Shown: one piece after another, positions 39,294 through 52,238 of the stretch
How the letters are laid out: each line of letters starts with the position of its first letter
Position numbering within the stretch: position 1 is the stretch's first letter
DNA from: Lama glama
Taxonomy: Eukaryota
NCBI GenBank assembly: GCA_028534125.1
Contig: CM052817.1
Span: 93,436,001 to 93,500,000 of the forward strand
DNA length: 64,000 nt
Direction of reading: 5' to 3'
Translations under genes and position numbers: made by a program
The notes under the pieces: generated by a model
Seen by the model: the letters and a program-made list of their open reading frames with translations, nothing else
Told to the model about the DNA's origin: nothing
Database searches by the model: none

Positions 39294-41518
39294 AGGAAGA
39301 AAGTCTTTAAAAGACTCTAATCAATGAGTTTCCAAAACAGGAGCCAACAAAAAGCATAATTAATGAGTAAGCTAATTATGTATCCCTAAAGCATCAATGT
39401 ACACGTGCACTGTAAACGAGGAAGACTGAAGGGGACAGAAACATCTTTGGTACTTAATATTTCTAACTCTGATATTTCTGAGGACTTAATAAGCTTAAGA
39501 AGAGTTCACTCTGCAGTGCAGTGTTTCCATAACTCTGTCCCTTCCATATTCTCTGTCTTGTCTATGCCTGGGGACCATTGAGAGCACTGAATTTGATCAT
39601 GTGCTTGGAAAAACATAAAATCCCATAGTTTCTGCTTTACTTTCTCTGTCACTTTTCAGCTTCTTGCTTCTCTGCAGTTGTGTCACCTCCTCCCACCATT
39701 CATTTGCAAAATATCTCCCTTTCCCCCAGCTTTATGATTTTTTCCCCATTTCTCTCCCTGGTAGAATTTAAAAAAAAAAAAAGCCATGCTGTAGGCTTTG
39801 TGCATAGTCTTTGGTCCAGATCTCCCAAGCACAGTCCACTCCTTTCCATATCACTTCAAAAATCAAGGAACATTCACGGAAAGGAGAAAACAAAACTTGC
39901 AAGCAAATCTTTTTTGTGGTTGCCAGTTTCAACCTCAATATTTATCTCTTGAAGTATTTTTATCTCCCCCTTTTTTACAAAGAAGCCAGAAATGACAAAT
40001 GTAGGATTACTTGAGAAAAAAACAAAGTTAATAAATACGGAAAAAGACTTTGGTTACAATATATTTGATTTTTACCATTGATGAGGGGCCACAAGGCAGC
40101 AGCCAAAACAATAACTACAAGAATAACCTTGCTCTTAATTAATCTGTAGCCATTAGTCTTCTAACTATTTTACACAGATTCACTTATTTAGTCCTTACAA
40201 CAACCCCACCAGGTGAGTATCAGTTAGGAAACAGAGGAGCTAAGGAGCAACTGTCCCAGAGCCACAAAGCCAGTGCGTGGAACAGGAACCAGACAGTCTA
40301 CCCTCTCCACAAGTCTACCGAACCCCATCGCTGGTTCTCTTCCACGTATGTACTGTGCATGCCACTGGGCATTTCTTCTGCAATTTTAAGGAAATGAACT
40401 TTTCTGGAGCTAAGAGGAGTAGAAATTCTTTCAATATAGAATATTTTTCTCTCCATTAAATATCCCCACCATTCACCTATGTTATATACTTTATGGTAAA
40501 GAGTGGAAAGGAAAGAAAGAATCACAAGCAAGACAGAGATGCTTAGTGAGTGTAGAGTCCAGAGTTGCATTTCCCCTTGACCAGGTATATGTGACTCTCC
40601 GGGCCCAGCAGCACCTCTTAGCTTCAACCAGAATTCCCCTGGAACCTCCTCGCTTACAGCTTTCAAAGTGTTTCCTGGGTTATACTGCTCTGTGGACCAT
40701 CCACATGCCCATAGCTCCCCCGCCCCCCACCTTGTAAACAGACAAAAATGCACGTTATGGGAGAGATTTAAAGAGGGCACCCTTGAAACCATCCCCTTCT
40801 CAACACCTGCCAAAGGCATTCTCTCCTGTTCAGGGATTTCCAGAGTGGCCTTCAGAGACAGTGCCTGGGGACCTAACAGTTTCACCTGAATCCACCGATT
40901 CAAGGAGGAAAAGTCAGACCTTGCAGGAAAACTGAAGAACCTAGGACAGAAGACCATCCGGACTGGACGTAAGCTTCCGGTGAAGAGGCTAATTAAAGCT
41001 CCTGCCTGGTGCTGCCAGTTACCTCCTCTGTTTGCTTTGATGCCACGAACATCCGAAGAACAGAGGGAGTCTCTCCTATTCAGTATGAATAAATTGCAAA
41101 AGAACAAATTGTGAAAGCAGAGTACGTTATCAATCCCATTTTAGAATAATGACAATACCTAGAAAATTTTGAAACATTATTTAATCTCCTCCACTTGCTT
41201 TCTGCCCACAATGTTACTCTTTCAGCAACTCCTTACAGCAACAACAGCAAACATGTAAACCAAGACATCAAGCCAGCCTTCCTGAAAAAGAGGGAAATCT
41301 GTTCTGAAAGCTTTTGCTCCTAACCAATATGCCAACTTGGTACTAAGCCACATGAATTTGAAAAAAAAAAAAAAACCCAGCAAACTGTAAACATAAGACA
41401 AGCATAAACACAGTACAAAGACCCTCTTTGAAAAATGCCAGTTGTACCAAAAACCCGACGGTTTGGAAAAGCCTATTGATTTCTTTTCCCAAAGAAAGAA
41501 GGACGTGCAAGTACTTAC

Positions 41519-41635
41519 GGTGTCATGAGATTTATCCTTGACATCATAGACTGTCAGTTTTATTTTGGTCTCCTCATAGATGGGATACTCAGATGGGAAT
41601 GTGACGCCGGTTAAGAACAGTGGGTCTCTTGTTCC
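41519..41635 (-). CDS. INPP4B: INPP4B internal coding exon (117 nt, phase 0 to 0): [39 protein letters not shown]
   Basis: Peptide continues directly from the previous exon in the recalled INPP4B sequence. Acceptor ttacag|GGA at 41636/41635, donor ACC|gtaagt at 41519/41518; frames are compatible. Confidence 0.97.
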
Positions 41636-43671
41636 CTGTAACGGCACAAGCAGACAACTTTGATTCAATAAGGCAGCCACCGCAGTCGGCAGCAGGCAGC
41701 GACACATGAGAATGCAGAAAGTGTCTGGGTCTGTTTGTTTTTCTAGGAAATAGTTCTATGAGAAGAGAGATCTGAATTGTCAAATGATGCCCACGGGGAA
41801 CAACATGGCCCAGGTCCCCAAAGTACTGATAGAGCTGCTGCTGGTAAAGTCCTGTTATCATTGTCAGGGCAGCTAAAAATCTTGAAAAACAATTCATTTT
41901 CATTATACCCAGAGCCCTTCTTTAGGGTCAGTGGTCAGTCCGCTTAGAACACACTGAATGGATCTAACCTGCGATTGGTGCAAATAACCTAAGATATCGA
42001 CTGATCAAATTAAAAGGAAGCTATTTTCTCATAAAGAAGCATTTGGTATCTTAGACTGTCCATTTATTTCCCTTCTGTAATGATTCAGTTGAAAGCCATG
42101 CTCTGATAGCATCCATTTGTTTTCAGATGTTCTGCTATTTTTTTTTTCTCAGACTGATTTGAAAACTAATGAAGGAAACTAAATATGATGGATTTGGGGC
42201 TATGGGATTACTAGCTCAGGATGCAGTGCACAGGGTATTTCAATGCCTCAGAATTAATTTTTAGAGAGCTGCCATCCAGCATTAAATTTTGTATCTATAT
42301 TTGAATACATATATTGCTGAATATCACAGAGATATCTGCTAGAGTTCTGTAAACCAGTTGTCTATGGAAGTTTCTGGAAGCCAAAGTTATTCATTTAGTC
42401 ATTCATTCTTTCTTCCTTTTATTCAACAAATACTACCTTGTGTTCAGCCCTGTGTTAGACACTTTGGAACAGGCAGTGAATGAAACAGTCGACGACAGCT
42501 ATACATGTTCAAATAAACATGTCAAAATAATTTCTTTAATGTTTCAAATAAGTAAGTTGGAATAATACCTGGAAATAATTATCATATAAGTGAACAATTT
42601 TCCAATTTTTAGTTAAGTTTTCTACAAGTGAATAAAACTATTTTTGTTTATTCAGCTACAGCAGTAACTACTAATTAGACCAGCACTGGAATCTGAAGCA
42701 TCCCAGGGGCCGATTCAGGGCCCTGCGCAGGATCTGGGTCATTCCCATCAGAGAAATGAGTGGTGTTTAGCCTGAATCATTTATTCCACCAACTGCACTG
42801 AGCAATCGTGGTCTGGGGGTAGGCAATTCAGGCTCTTGCAGAGAAGCTTCTCTTTCAGGGCTCCCAAGTCTAAGACACGCAAAGCTTCAGGGGTTTAGAG
42901 TACACTTTCTTTGGTTCCAGATGTTCAAATAAGTATCTCATTCACTGAGGCTGTGAAATATGCAAGATGAGAACAAAATAATCAAAAGGGAAACACTTCC
43001 TCTTTTGAATCTGATCCAACACAATAATACAAGCTTCCTCCCGACACATTTTGGATGTTATATTAGTAACAATAAATGTAAATAGGAAATCTCTCATCGG
43101 GATGAGTAATATTTACACCTCTTGCCTAGAAACGTTACAGTTGCTCAAATGAATCATCTACCTTTCTTTGAAAAACATCATACTTTAAAAAGACATGTTT
43201 TTCTTTGAAAAAGAAAAGGACAGCAGAGATTATCAAGTTTCCACAGTCAGTTTGAAGAACACAGGAAAAAATGAAATGGGCAAAAACACTTTTAACGGGT
43301 TTAAAACTTCTCTGGGTGCTTTACAACTTTCTTTTTTTCCCCAAAGAAATATTCATTCCATTTAATTTAAAATTTATATATATATTTTTCTCTATTTAGT
43401 ACTCTATTCAAAGATTCAAAGTGGAGATTTTCCTTCTATTTACTAAAGAAAAATAAGGTCTTTTATAAAAAGGCAAGTTCTTCCCCCGTTTGTTTATTCT
43501 GGTAAGTTACAAATGCACACTCAGTAACCTCAGGTATGTTTTCCTAAATGACAGAGGACAGTGACAGAGCATAGCTGCAGGCCATGATCTAACTTATTTC
43601 AGCCCATGTGCTCAAATCCAGAGAGCGACTGAGAGAGAGCGCGAGAGTCAGCCGGCACACAGCACACTCAC
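41636..43671 (-). other. INPP4B: INPP4B intron (2036 nt, GT-AG) between the two coding exons
   Basis: Bounded by gtgagt and ttacag on the minus strand; splicing gives continuous ...EIVE/GTRD... Confidence 0.93.
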
Positions 43672-43790
43672 CTCCACAATCTCCGTGCTGGAGTATCTTG
43701 TCAGACCCTGCTCCGCGGGGTGGATTACTGAGATCTGCACCAGTGTATTCAGCTTCCGATCACGGACAGGAGCCACGAGATCCTTGCATG
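43672..43790 (-). CDS. INPP4B: INPP4B internal coding exon (119 nt, phase 1 to 0), C2 region: (A)[39 protein letters not shown]
   Basis: Peptide matches the recalled human INPP4B N-terminus ([40 protein letters not shown]) with 2 substitutions. On the minus strand there is a long polypyrimidine tract, acceptor ttgccag|CA at 43791/43790 and donor GAG|gtgagt at 43672/43671. Confidence 0.97.
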
Positions 43791-43839
43791 CTGGCAATGG
43801 CAAAGGAAAGAGAAAAAAAAAAAAGAAAGAAACTAACAC

Positions 43840-44720
43840 CAGGTCTCAGGGAAAACTTCTGCCCCGGGTTGGAAGTCAGCTTAGCTACAGCGCTGAATGG
43901 AAATCTTCTGGGACTCGGGGCTGACTTTACAGAGGAAGTCTCTTGGAAGTACCTTACAGAAATAGGAAGTCACGTGTTACGGAGCTGACTTGAGAATTCA
44001 TTTCCACTGGCCACATTTGCAGCTCTTGCAAGTCTCGACTGCCCTGGGATCCCAGTTCTAATGCGTGATTATGCATACACAGCTCAGGGACTTGAGGGAC
44101 TTTAATTAGTCATCAAAGCCTGGGCTTTAATTCACACTCCTAGACTAAGTAAACTGAGTTGGGCCTCATCCGGGAAAAGATTATGCTGCTCCTTATTGAC
44201 ACTGGCTGGATTAGGTCAAACGCTGGAATGCACACTTGATCTTTACCTATCTGTTCACTAGAGCTGGCCTCCTACAGTCCTGCACAGGGACAGAAACTGG
44301 GAAGGGAGGCTACTCTAGCCCCAGGCAAGGGGCGGAGGAGGAGGAGGAGGAGAAAGGGTTAAAAGCTTCCTCAGTCTGGGATTCCAGGAAAGTCTGGGAG
44401 GGAGAACTATAGAGAAAGGATGGGTTAATTCTTGCGTGGGGCGGGGGGGGGCGCAAAACTAAGGACTTTCCCTTGAGATACCAGGCTCGTATTACAGACA
44501 CTCCTCCCCATACCATATTTACCTGAATATGTTCCCCTCTCACATATCATTCCCACAATTGGGAAAGGAAAAAAAAAAAATCCTGTTCAGCAAGTCTCAC
44601 ATCTCCTCTGGCTGTGTTTCCCCACCTGGCTTTGAAATTGTAATTTTACTACCTGCATTTGGATCCCTGAGAATAATGCAAAGTGTCCTCACTAGGGGGC
44701 GAGGGGCAGGGTTCAAGCTA
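43840..44720. promoter_or_regulatory. Candidate intragenic promoter/enhancer
   Basis: GGAAGT at 43871, 43934, 43945 and 43965; GTCACGTG at 43969-43976; GGGGCGGAG at ~44328; GCGTGGGGCGGGGG at ~44434; CTCF-like TCACTAGGGGGCGA at 44689-44702; locally raised GC/CpG; no obvious repeats. Confidence 0.55.
44687..44703 (+). promoter_or_regulatory. CTCF core motif match
   Basis: CCTCACTAGGGGGCGAG resembles the consensus CCACYAGRKGGCRS, with the CpG retained. Confidence 0.5.
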
Positions 44721-47044
44721 GGCTGAGCTGGTGGCTGGGGGCAGGCTGGAGCTGTGACAGAGGAACTAAGACGTAGTCCTGGGTCCTGGATTCATGGTGA
44801 GTGTGCTGGGCTCTAAAGCATCCACACCTCAGGCCCCTGACCAGTGCAGGAAGGGACGGAAGGGCGGTATATTTAAGCTATACTGTGGCACTGCAGCAGG
44901 ACACAGGGCCTCACCCACTGGGACAGAGGTACTGCAGCTTAAATCTGAAATTTCAAAGCAAAGGAAATTAGGAATGTAATTATCACCTTTCCATCACTTA
45001 CAGATCAGTTCATTTATGGAAGGAAAATAGGACAGAGGAACTTTGGAATGAAAACAGGTCTGATTTTTGGCCAGTTGTATTGGCTAAGCAATGCTGGGCA
45101 AATAAAACTTCTTAACTTCTTCTTGACAGACTTTGAGATCCTTTTTACCCCTGTATAGCATTTTGTTAGAATTTTTCCTTCTTAGAACCACATGCCTCTA
45201 GCCATGCAGGAAAGCTTAGGAAAGCATGTGTGGAAAAAGTAACAGCAACTGCTTATGCAGCCGTCACTATATTTGAGGCAGTTCGCCAATTCTCTCTTAA
45301 TTTCTCAAAACGGTGCTTTGAATTATTATTTCAGTTTTACATACTAAGAACTAGAGGCTTAGAAATATTTAGTGCTCACATTCACATGACTAGAATGCTC
45401 TGGTAGTTTTCTCACATCACACTCCCTCAGCTCCATTTCTTCTCCTGACATACCGAATTCCTCTCTTGCACAATGGCACCTCTCTTTGGAAGACCCTCTG
45501 CCACCATTCTTTATTGTCTAACCCGAGAGGTCTACAGTTTTAGAAAACACTACTGCAAGGCTTCAATTATGTCAACATATCAACGGAAGGAAAAAAAAAA
45601 AGATAGATTCAGACTTTGCTGTTCTTTGGTGGTTATTTTGATCATTTCCTCTACTTGCCTAATGGATGTTTAGTTTTATCACTCATTCTCTTGGCTTTCT
45701 GCTCACAGCATACAGCATTTCTCTCCATTTACTGATATTGACATTTATCTGTCCTTGGATTTTGAAGCTGGAGTCAATTTGTTTCAAACACATGCATCTT
45801 GCCCACTTTCTGCTGATAGCTTCGTCTCTGCCTTATGGACTTAGGAGATGTCACTCAAAATAAGTTACCTTTTTTCTTATTTCATATCAGGCTTGATCGT
45901 GGGCTGTGGTTAGTTCTCAGAAGTGAGCAGCTGTTCTCCATTTTATCAGAGAACCTCTCAGACTCACTCATAATAAAAACAGAGAAAATCTCCACAAAAC
46001 TCAAATGTTCTGTCCTACCCAACCTGCAGATGCTCCAATACTGATGAAGTAAAAACAACCATAATGGCACTTTGTGTTTCTTTATGTTCTGCATCTGAAA
46101 ACAGGCACAGAAAACAACAACCAAAGTCGTACCGCAGGCAGCCTGTATCTCTTTCCTTCCTAGCAGCCCAGAGACCTTCCTAACCCTGACACGTCTGCAG
46201 CAAGATGTCTGGGAAAGAACTCCTGCGCTGTATTCCCAGATTCCCCGTTTTCTCCTTACATGCTGTTAAGTCACAGACTCAGACACTCAATTTCCCCATC
46301 ATTTCCCCTATTTCTCAGGGTGGAGGTAAGGAAGAAATGAAGCCCTTTTTTTTTTCTTATTAAGTCCTTTTTTATGAATGGACTTTTCTGTGCAAAATAA
46401 AGTTTACTAATACCATGTTTCTAATATTTACCAACATCAACACCAACATTTACCAGTAGTGTTTTACTCTTCTGTGAGATTTTTTTTGTTGTTGACTCAG
46501 TTATATTCGGGCAACTCCTTAAAAGCTGTCGGGAGGTCCAGTATTTCCTTGTAAATACCAAACCAGCATGAGTCATGGCATTTCATAAAGTGAAACCCAT
46601 ACACCCTATGGATCTATACAGACTGAAACTATCCCACTGGAAGGGTGATACATGATGAGTGACTGGATTACTTCAAGGATTTGATCACCATAAAGTCTAA
46701 CCTACATAGGAACTTTTTGGTAGCCACTAAAGAAGCCTGAAAAATCTGTTTTCAGAAATCAAAATAAGTCATATTAGTCTTTCAGCCATACTTCCTACTG
46801 TCCATTACCCACACAAAACCCTACTCTAGGAGGGAGTGACCTGTGTAAATGGCCTTCCTCAACTCTTATGACTGAAAGAATGCTTTTGGAGTTTTGTATT
46901 GCTTGTCTTTTTAATTTAAGAATTCTTCAATCAAATGGGTAGGAACAAATAAATGCCTCTCTGCCACCATTCATTCATCAGGAGAGTTTTACTTTCATTT
47001 CTGCCTTTTTACTGGCTTTGCTTTGGATTGAGCTATTTAAAAGT

Positions 47045-47530
47045 ATTCTCTCAGTCATTAAAAAAAGAATAAAATAATGCCATTTGCAGCAACATGGATG
47101 AACCTGGAGATTGTCTCAATAAGTGAAGAAAGCCAGAAAGAGAAAGAAAAACACCATATGATATCAATTGTATGAGGAATCGTAAAAAAAAAAAAATGAC
47201 ACAAATGAACTTCTTTACAAGACAGATTCACAGACATAGAAAACAAACTTATGGTTACCAGGGAGGAAGCGGGGTAGGGGTGGTGGTGGGATAAATTGGG
47301 AATTTGGGATTTTCAGATACTAACTACTATATATAAACAATAAGGTAAACAATAAGGTTCCACTGTATAGCACAGGGAACTATACTCAAAACCTTGTAAT
47401 AACCTAAAATGAAAAAGAATATAAAAAGAACATATATACGTATAACTTAAACATTATGCTGTACACCAAAATTAACACAACACTGTAAACCGACTATACT
47501 TCAATAAAAAAGAGTAAATAAACAAATAAA
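47045..47530 (+). mobile_element. 5'-truncated L1 3' end
   Basis: aataatgccatttgcagcaacatggatg...tatagcacagggaactatactcaa...actatacttcAATAAA (47503) plus an A-rich tail. Confidence 0.92.
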
Positions 47531-48944
47531 TGCATTCTCAGAGCCCAAAAGGGTTTAAATATAAACAGATGTTGATAGGGTGGGATTCAAATGTGCTTGT
47601 GTCCACTGAATTGACTGCTTACTTTTTAATGAAAAGGGGAAAAATAACAACGTAAAAGTAATGAGTAATTAAAAAACTATAATTAAAAAATTTTTTAAGA
47701 AAAAAATGAAAGAGCTACATGCGACTTTTTGTTGTTGCTAACTTTGCTATATAACAACTGGGGATGTTGAGGATTCATTTTCCATCATCAGTGCTGGTGA
47801 GTGAGATGCTCAAGGGCATCCCCAGCTGGGGCTGATGCAGCGCCAGACAGCTCTCACTCCTCTAAAAGGGAATCATCAATAGAAGCATAATGGCGCTTCA
47901 ATGTCCTGGGGGAGGTCTAGGCACTGAGCAAACTGGATACCTATCCAGTGTCAAAAGAAGGGCCCTTCATTCAGATCCACTGCCTGAAGAAATAAAAGCC
48001 TCCTGCGGCTTGTTTTGAGGATTTGTCCAAAGCTTGAAATCCCAGCCATTGTTTAGGCTAAATACCTGTGACTATATCTGGCCTAAGGACCAGAAGTTGC
48101 CCACCTTGGATTGAGATGCTTAAAGATGCTACTTGGATTCGTAGAGAAAGTGCAGATCATCTCTTTCTTCTATAATTCCTCTAATATTTGAGAATCAAGA
48201 AGCTAAAGGGCAGGGGTCTTCTGGGCTCATGTTGAATTAATTAATTTTCTGCTTACCTCAAAATACAGTTTTAATAAATACCCATTTTTGTTTCATTTAG
48301 CCGTCATTTCTAAATCATGTGAAGTCTATTGAGTCCATAGAGTCGTTCCATCATTCTAGCCAACTTTGGCTGGAACCCAAAAATGGCCCCCTGACTATTC
48401 TATAGGAGCGCTCAGTCCAGAAATACTCAGTTTGAAATAGAACACAACTGTTGGTACAAGTGCCTTTGAATTCAGCTGCTCTGGCCAAATCCTAGTTGTT
48501 CTAAGACCTGCCCTGGATATGGAGTGTGCACCTAAGCAGAGGTGCCTGCCACAGGCTTTCACAAAGACAGTGGCATGAGCCACTGGGACAGTGAGAATTC
48601 AAGGTCAATTCCAAGTAACTGTCTCTTTCCCCTTAAGAATTCTTTCTTCCGTAGTCAGGAGATTTTTCTCGCCCCACTCCATTTCATCTCTCCTTGTCGT
48701 TCAGTGTCAGTAGCACTGAACAAGTTTATCCTCTGTCTTCTAGAAAACAAGCAATGGCCACATGCAGAGGAAGTGGCAGTGGGGGACTCTGACAAGAATT
48801 TTCACATCTGCACAATTCTGTTCTTAAATTAGCCAAAGGAAAGTTAGGCTTAGAGGAGAAACCACACACTGGAGTGAATAGAGAATAAAGAAATGTTTTT
48901 TGTTTTTTGTTTTTTTAAACTCAAGATAAAACTGTATTTGAAAC

Positions 48945-49120
48945 CAGGATCTAGCCTAAGGAATTATGTGACTTCGGATAAATTACTCTATCTCTTTCAG
49001 CCTCTATTTTCTCATCTGTAAAATGGAAGAGAAAGAACAGATTTCATAGATTTGTTATAATGATTATATGAAGTAATGTATATAGAATGCTAGGCACACA
49101 ATAGGCCTTTAAATTATTGT
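48945..49120 (+). mobile_element. MIR SINE
   Basis: tatgtgacttcggataaattact...cagcctctattttctcatctgtaaaatgg. Confidence 0.7.
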
Positions 49121-52100
49121 TAAGATTAATATGAATATAGTTATACATTGACATAATAATGGATTTTATCTATCCAATACACTTACAGTAATTAAATGCT
49201 CAAGACATTCCGGGTTGGTTCTGACTTTGTGTAACCTTGTTCTTTCTCAATAAAAGCATTTTATTAAATATATATCTGTGATTTTTGGGACCTCTGTTTT
49301 CATATAGATAAATACAAAAAAAATGTAAAACCCCTTATTAGATTATCTGTTAATTTCAGAAATCAAAGGTATCATCAATATATTGCCTCTAGGAAACCAG
49401 ATGTGCACATTTATACTTGTTAATTTCACCTCTGACTAGGTATTTCCAAATGAGAAGCCAAAAACTGCAGAAAGCTTTATTTTCTGTCTGCCTGCAGGTG
49501 TACCACATGTCAATGGTAAACTCACCCTCTGAGCAGAGATTTATCTGGGAGGCTAGTATTCTTTTACTTGGAGAAAAAGTTGGGTCCACAGGGAGGCATT
49601 GTCTTAACAACTGAGATGTCCCAAGGGGTCATGGAAAGACTTGCTCCTCTGTTCTGTACATCCTTTCATCAGAAAAGGAAGCCTGTGAATGCTAATAAAG
49701 CTTCTTTTCTTGCAAGTATAAATAAATATTACAGCTTGAGCGCAATATTGCCTGATGGAAACATACCTTCCCCTCTGATGAAAGTTCATTTCTTATACCT
49801 GTTACAGACTCTTCCCAGGGAAAATAGAAGAGATAAATCCATGCCCCTCAAGGGCAAATAGGCCAGGGTACAGAGGATAGGGGGCATCTTCAACAGAAAA
49901 GTGGGCTTATCCAAACAAGGATTTAGGGAAATAATCATCTAGCTCCAAGTTCCCCCAATAGCACTATTCTTACCTTACCATCCCTAAGAGAACCGGCCAT
50001 TTCCCTAAGGCTGTAAGACTTTTGCCCCGAGAATGCAATTTTTTCTTTACTTCTCAAATTCTTAATGTTGGGTCTGGTTTCTCAGAAATGTTACATATAT
50101 ATCCTCGTTCATTGTACTCCAGAAAATTAGATGCCACTTAACAACTGATGGGCCAATTTGGGTTATGTTTCCGGTCCAATAAATGACTGGACTCCTTTAC
50201 ATGGTTTCACAGTTACCACTCCATACCCGTGACTACATCCAGGTTAAATCAATTTACACCCTGCATTAAGAGATATATGCAACATTTAAAAAGCCTAATA
50301 GCCCCTCTTACTTTGCCAGTGTAGTATGCTTTCCTATTTTTAGTTTCTTCTGCCTTTCTGTTCTTTACTCTTCCTTTCTCTCAGGAATTTTAAGACAGCG
50401 ATTTTCTGAAACCTAGGATGTCAACGTCTACAGTTCAGATCTCCTGAGTGGATTTAGCAGACAATACTGCCTCGTTCCGGGGGCACCGCATTCCGTGATA
50501 ATTCAACTGTCTATGGGAAAACGGCAGAATACACAGTGTCCTGGAATCGTACTAACATCCACACAAGTGCACTGCACAAGTAGTCAGGAACACGCTGTTC
50601 ACTTGTGAGGATGTTCTTAAGGCTACTTATTAGAAAAATGTGGCTCTATGTCATTGCAGAGCTGATGTATGCCCATTAATAATGTTCTTCCATGTTTACT
50701 CTGTATACTCTGTAGAATCTTTCAGAGTCTCTAATTCACTGAGTCTACTAGCATCGCTCCTTGCCTTCTCTATTCATTTCAGCTCATTTTCAACTGCTAG
50801 GGCCTACTTTCTATGATTTTCCTCATTTAGTATTATTTTTCTCATTTGTGTTCTCTTTGGCCATCTCAGATGTCCCCGCTAACATATGTTTCTCTCACCA
50901 CTCTGAAGGATGAGGTTATCAAAATCATCACTTATATATTTATAAGACTTGGGACTATTGGGGTCAGGAATACATCTCTCTTAACAAATGACAGCTTCTC
51001 CCTTCAGTTAAGTAACTGCTTTTTAAGTCTTCATAGCAATAAAACAAAAAATGTGTTATTTTCCCCTTAACTACTATGTGGGAGATTTTAATTTACAAAT
51101 ATTTCCCTAAAGAGTGTGTGAAATATTACTCATGTTGGTCTGTGTAGCTACCAACATAAGCAATATTTGTTGGGAAAATTTTTAAAATGTATAAAATTTG
51201 GTGTGAAAAATGTGATTAGAAAATTTGGACTTCTTTTTCTTCTTTTTCTTTTTTCTCCACCCCCCTCTTTTTTTTTTGTTTGTTTTCCTTTGTCTTTTAA
51301 GACACTGAGTTCAAAATATTAATACTCCAAATTCAAAGTCAGAATCTTACTTTTGAAGGAGGATAAGCATACCCACATAACTTGAACCAACAGTATTAAT
51401 TTTTGGTTTCTAGAAAGTTAGAGGGCAGAAAAAGTAACTCAGAGTTTAAGGTTGAATGATAAGAAATCAATGCAAGGAATCAGTACACACTCACAGAGAC
51501 TAATCAATAAACAAATAAACAAGCCAACAAATAAATAATAAAGCCAAACTAATGAAAAGATTCCTTAGACATAGTGAAATGATGCTAGATTGTTTGTTTC
51601 TATACTACAACAATAAAATGCTAATATAATATGAATTTTAAGGTTGTTCTCAATTAAGACACTACAGGATAATACAGGAAGCATGCAGAGAAGATGCGGG
51701 TGGGGGCAGGAAGCCCGATTTACTGCCTACTGTGCACTAGGTGACACTGGGCTTAAACTTTGCTTGTGTTAGCTCAAGTCTAGAACAGTGATGTGCCTGT
51801 TGCTGCCTCATAATTCCGTTACTTCCCCACATCCTTATTTTTGACTAAGCAGTCAGATTTGTAGATCCCAACATACGGCTCACCGATGAAGACTATGTTT
51901 TGTTTATTTTTTACCAATAGCTCAGCAGCCTGAGTTAATTTTTTGTTAATAACATCACTCTGCTCCGTCTGGTCCTGTGCGCATCCCATGGTGATTTAGC
52001 TTTGTAACGAGAATTTTTAAGCCTCTCAACACTCTGCTAATAGAATCCAAATAAACCTTGAGGAAAGGATGAGGCTAATGCCAAAGGGAGGAAGCAGATG

Positions 52101-52238
52101 ACAGAGTTATTGAGGAATACAGGTAACAATTTGCATGAGGGAATTTAAGAGATTTTGTTATAGAAATATTGAAATACTGCTTCAGAATTCTTGCTACACT
52201 GAGATTTGAGCACCACTGCTTCTAAATTTCCTTTCAGC

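Larger units (their letters stand above)
1..41518 (-). other. INPP4B: Part of a very long INPP4B intron downstream of the 117-nt exon
   Basis: Begins with a gtaagt donor. The next expected peptide (VRTSVLPEH...) was not seen; the region is repeat-rich and non-coding. Two gaps could hide sequence. Confidence 0.7.

Noticed and set aside
38726..39310. 194-aa ORF
   Set aside because: Spans the second N gap.
40298..41107. 269-aa minus-strand ORF
   Set aside because: Non-ATG start and no recognisable domain or INPP4B peptide; treated as a chance ORF unless BLASTP or PhyloCSF says otherwise.
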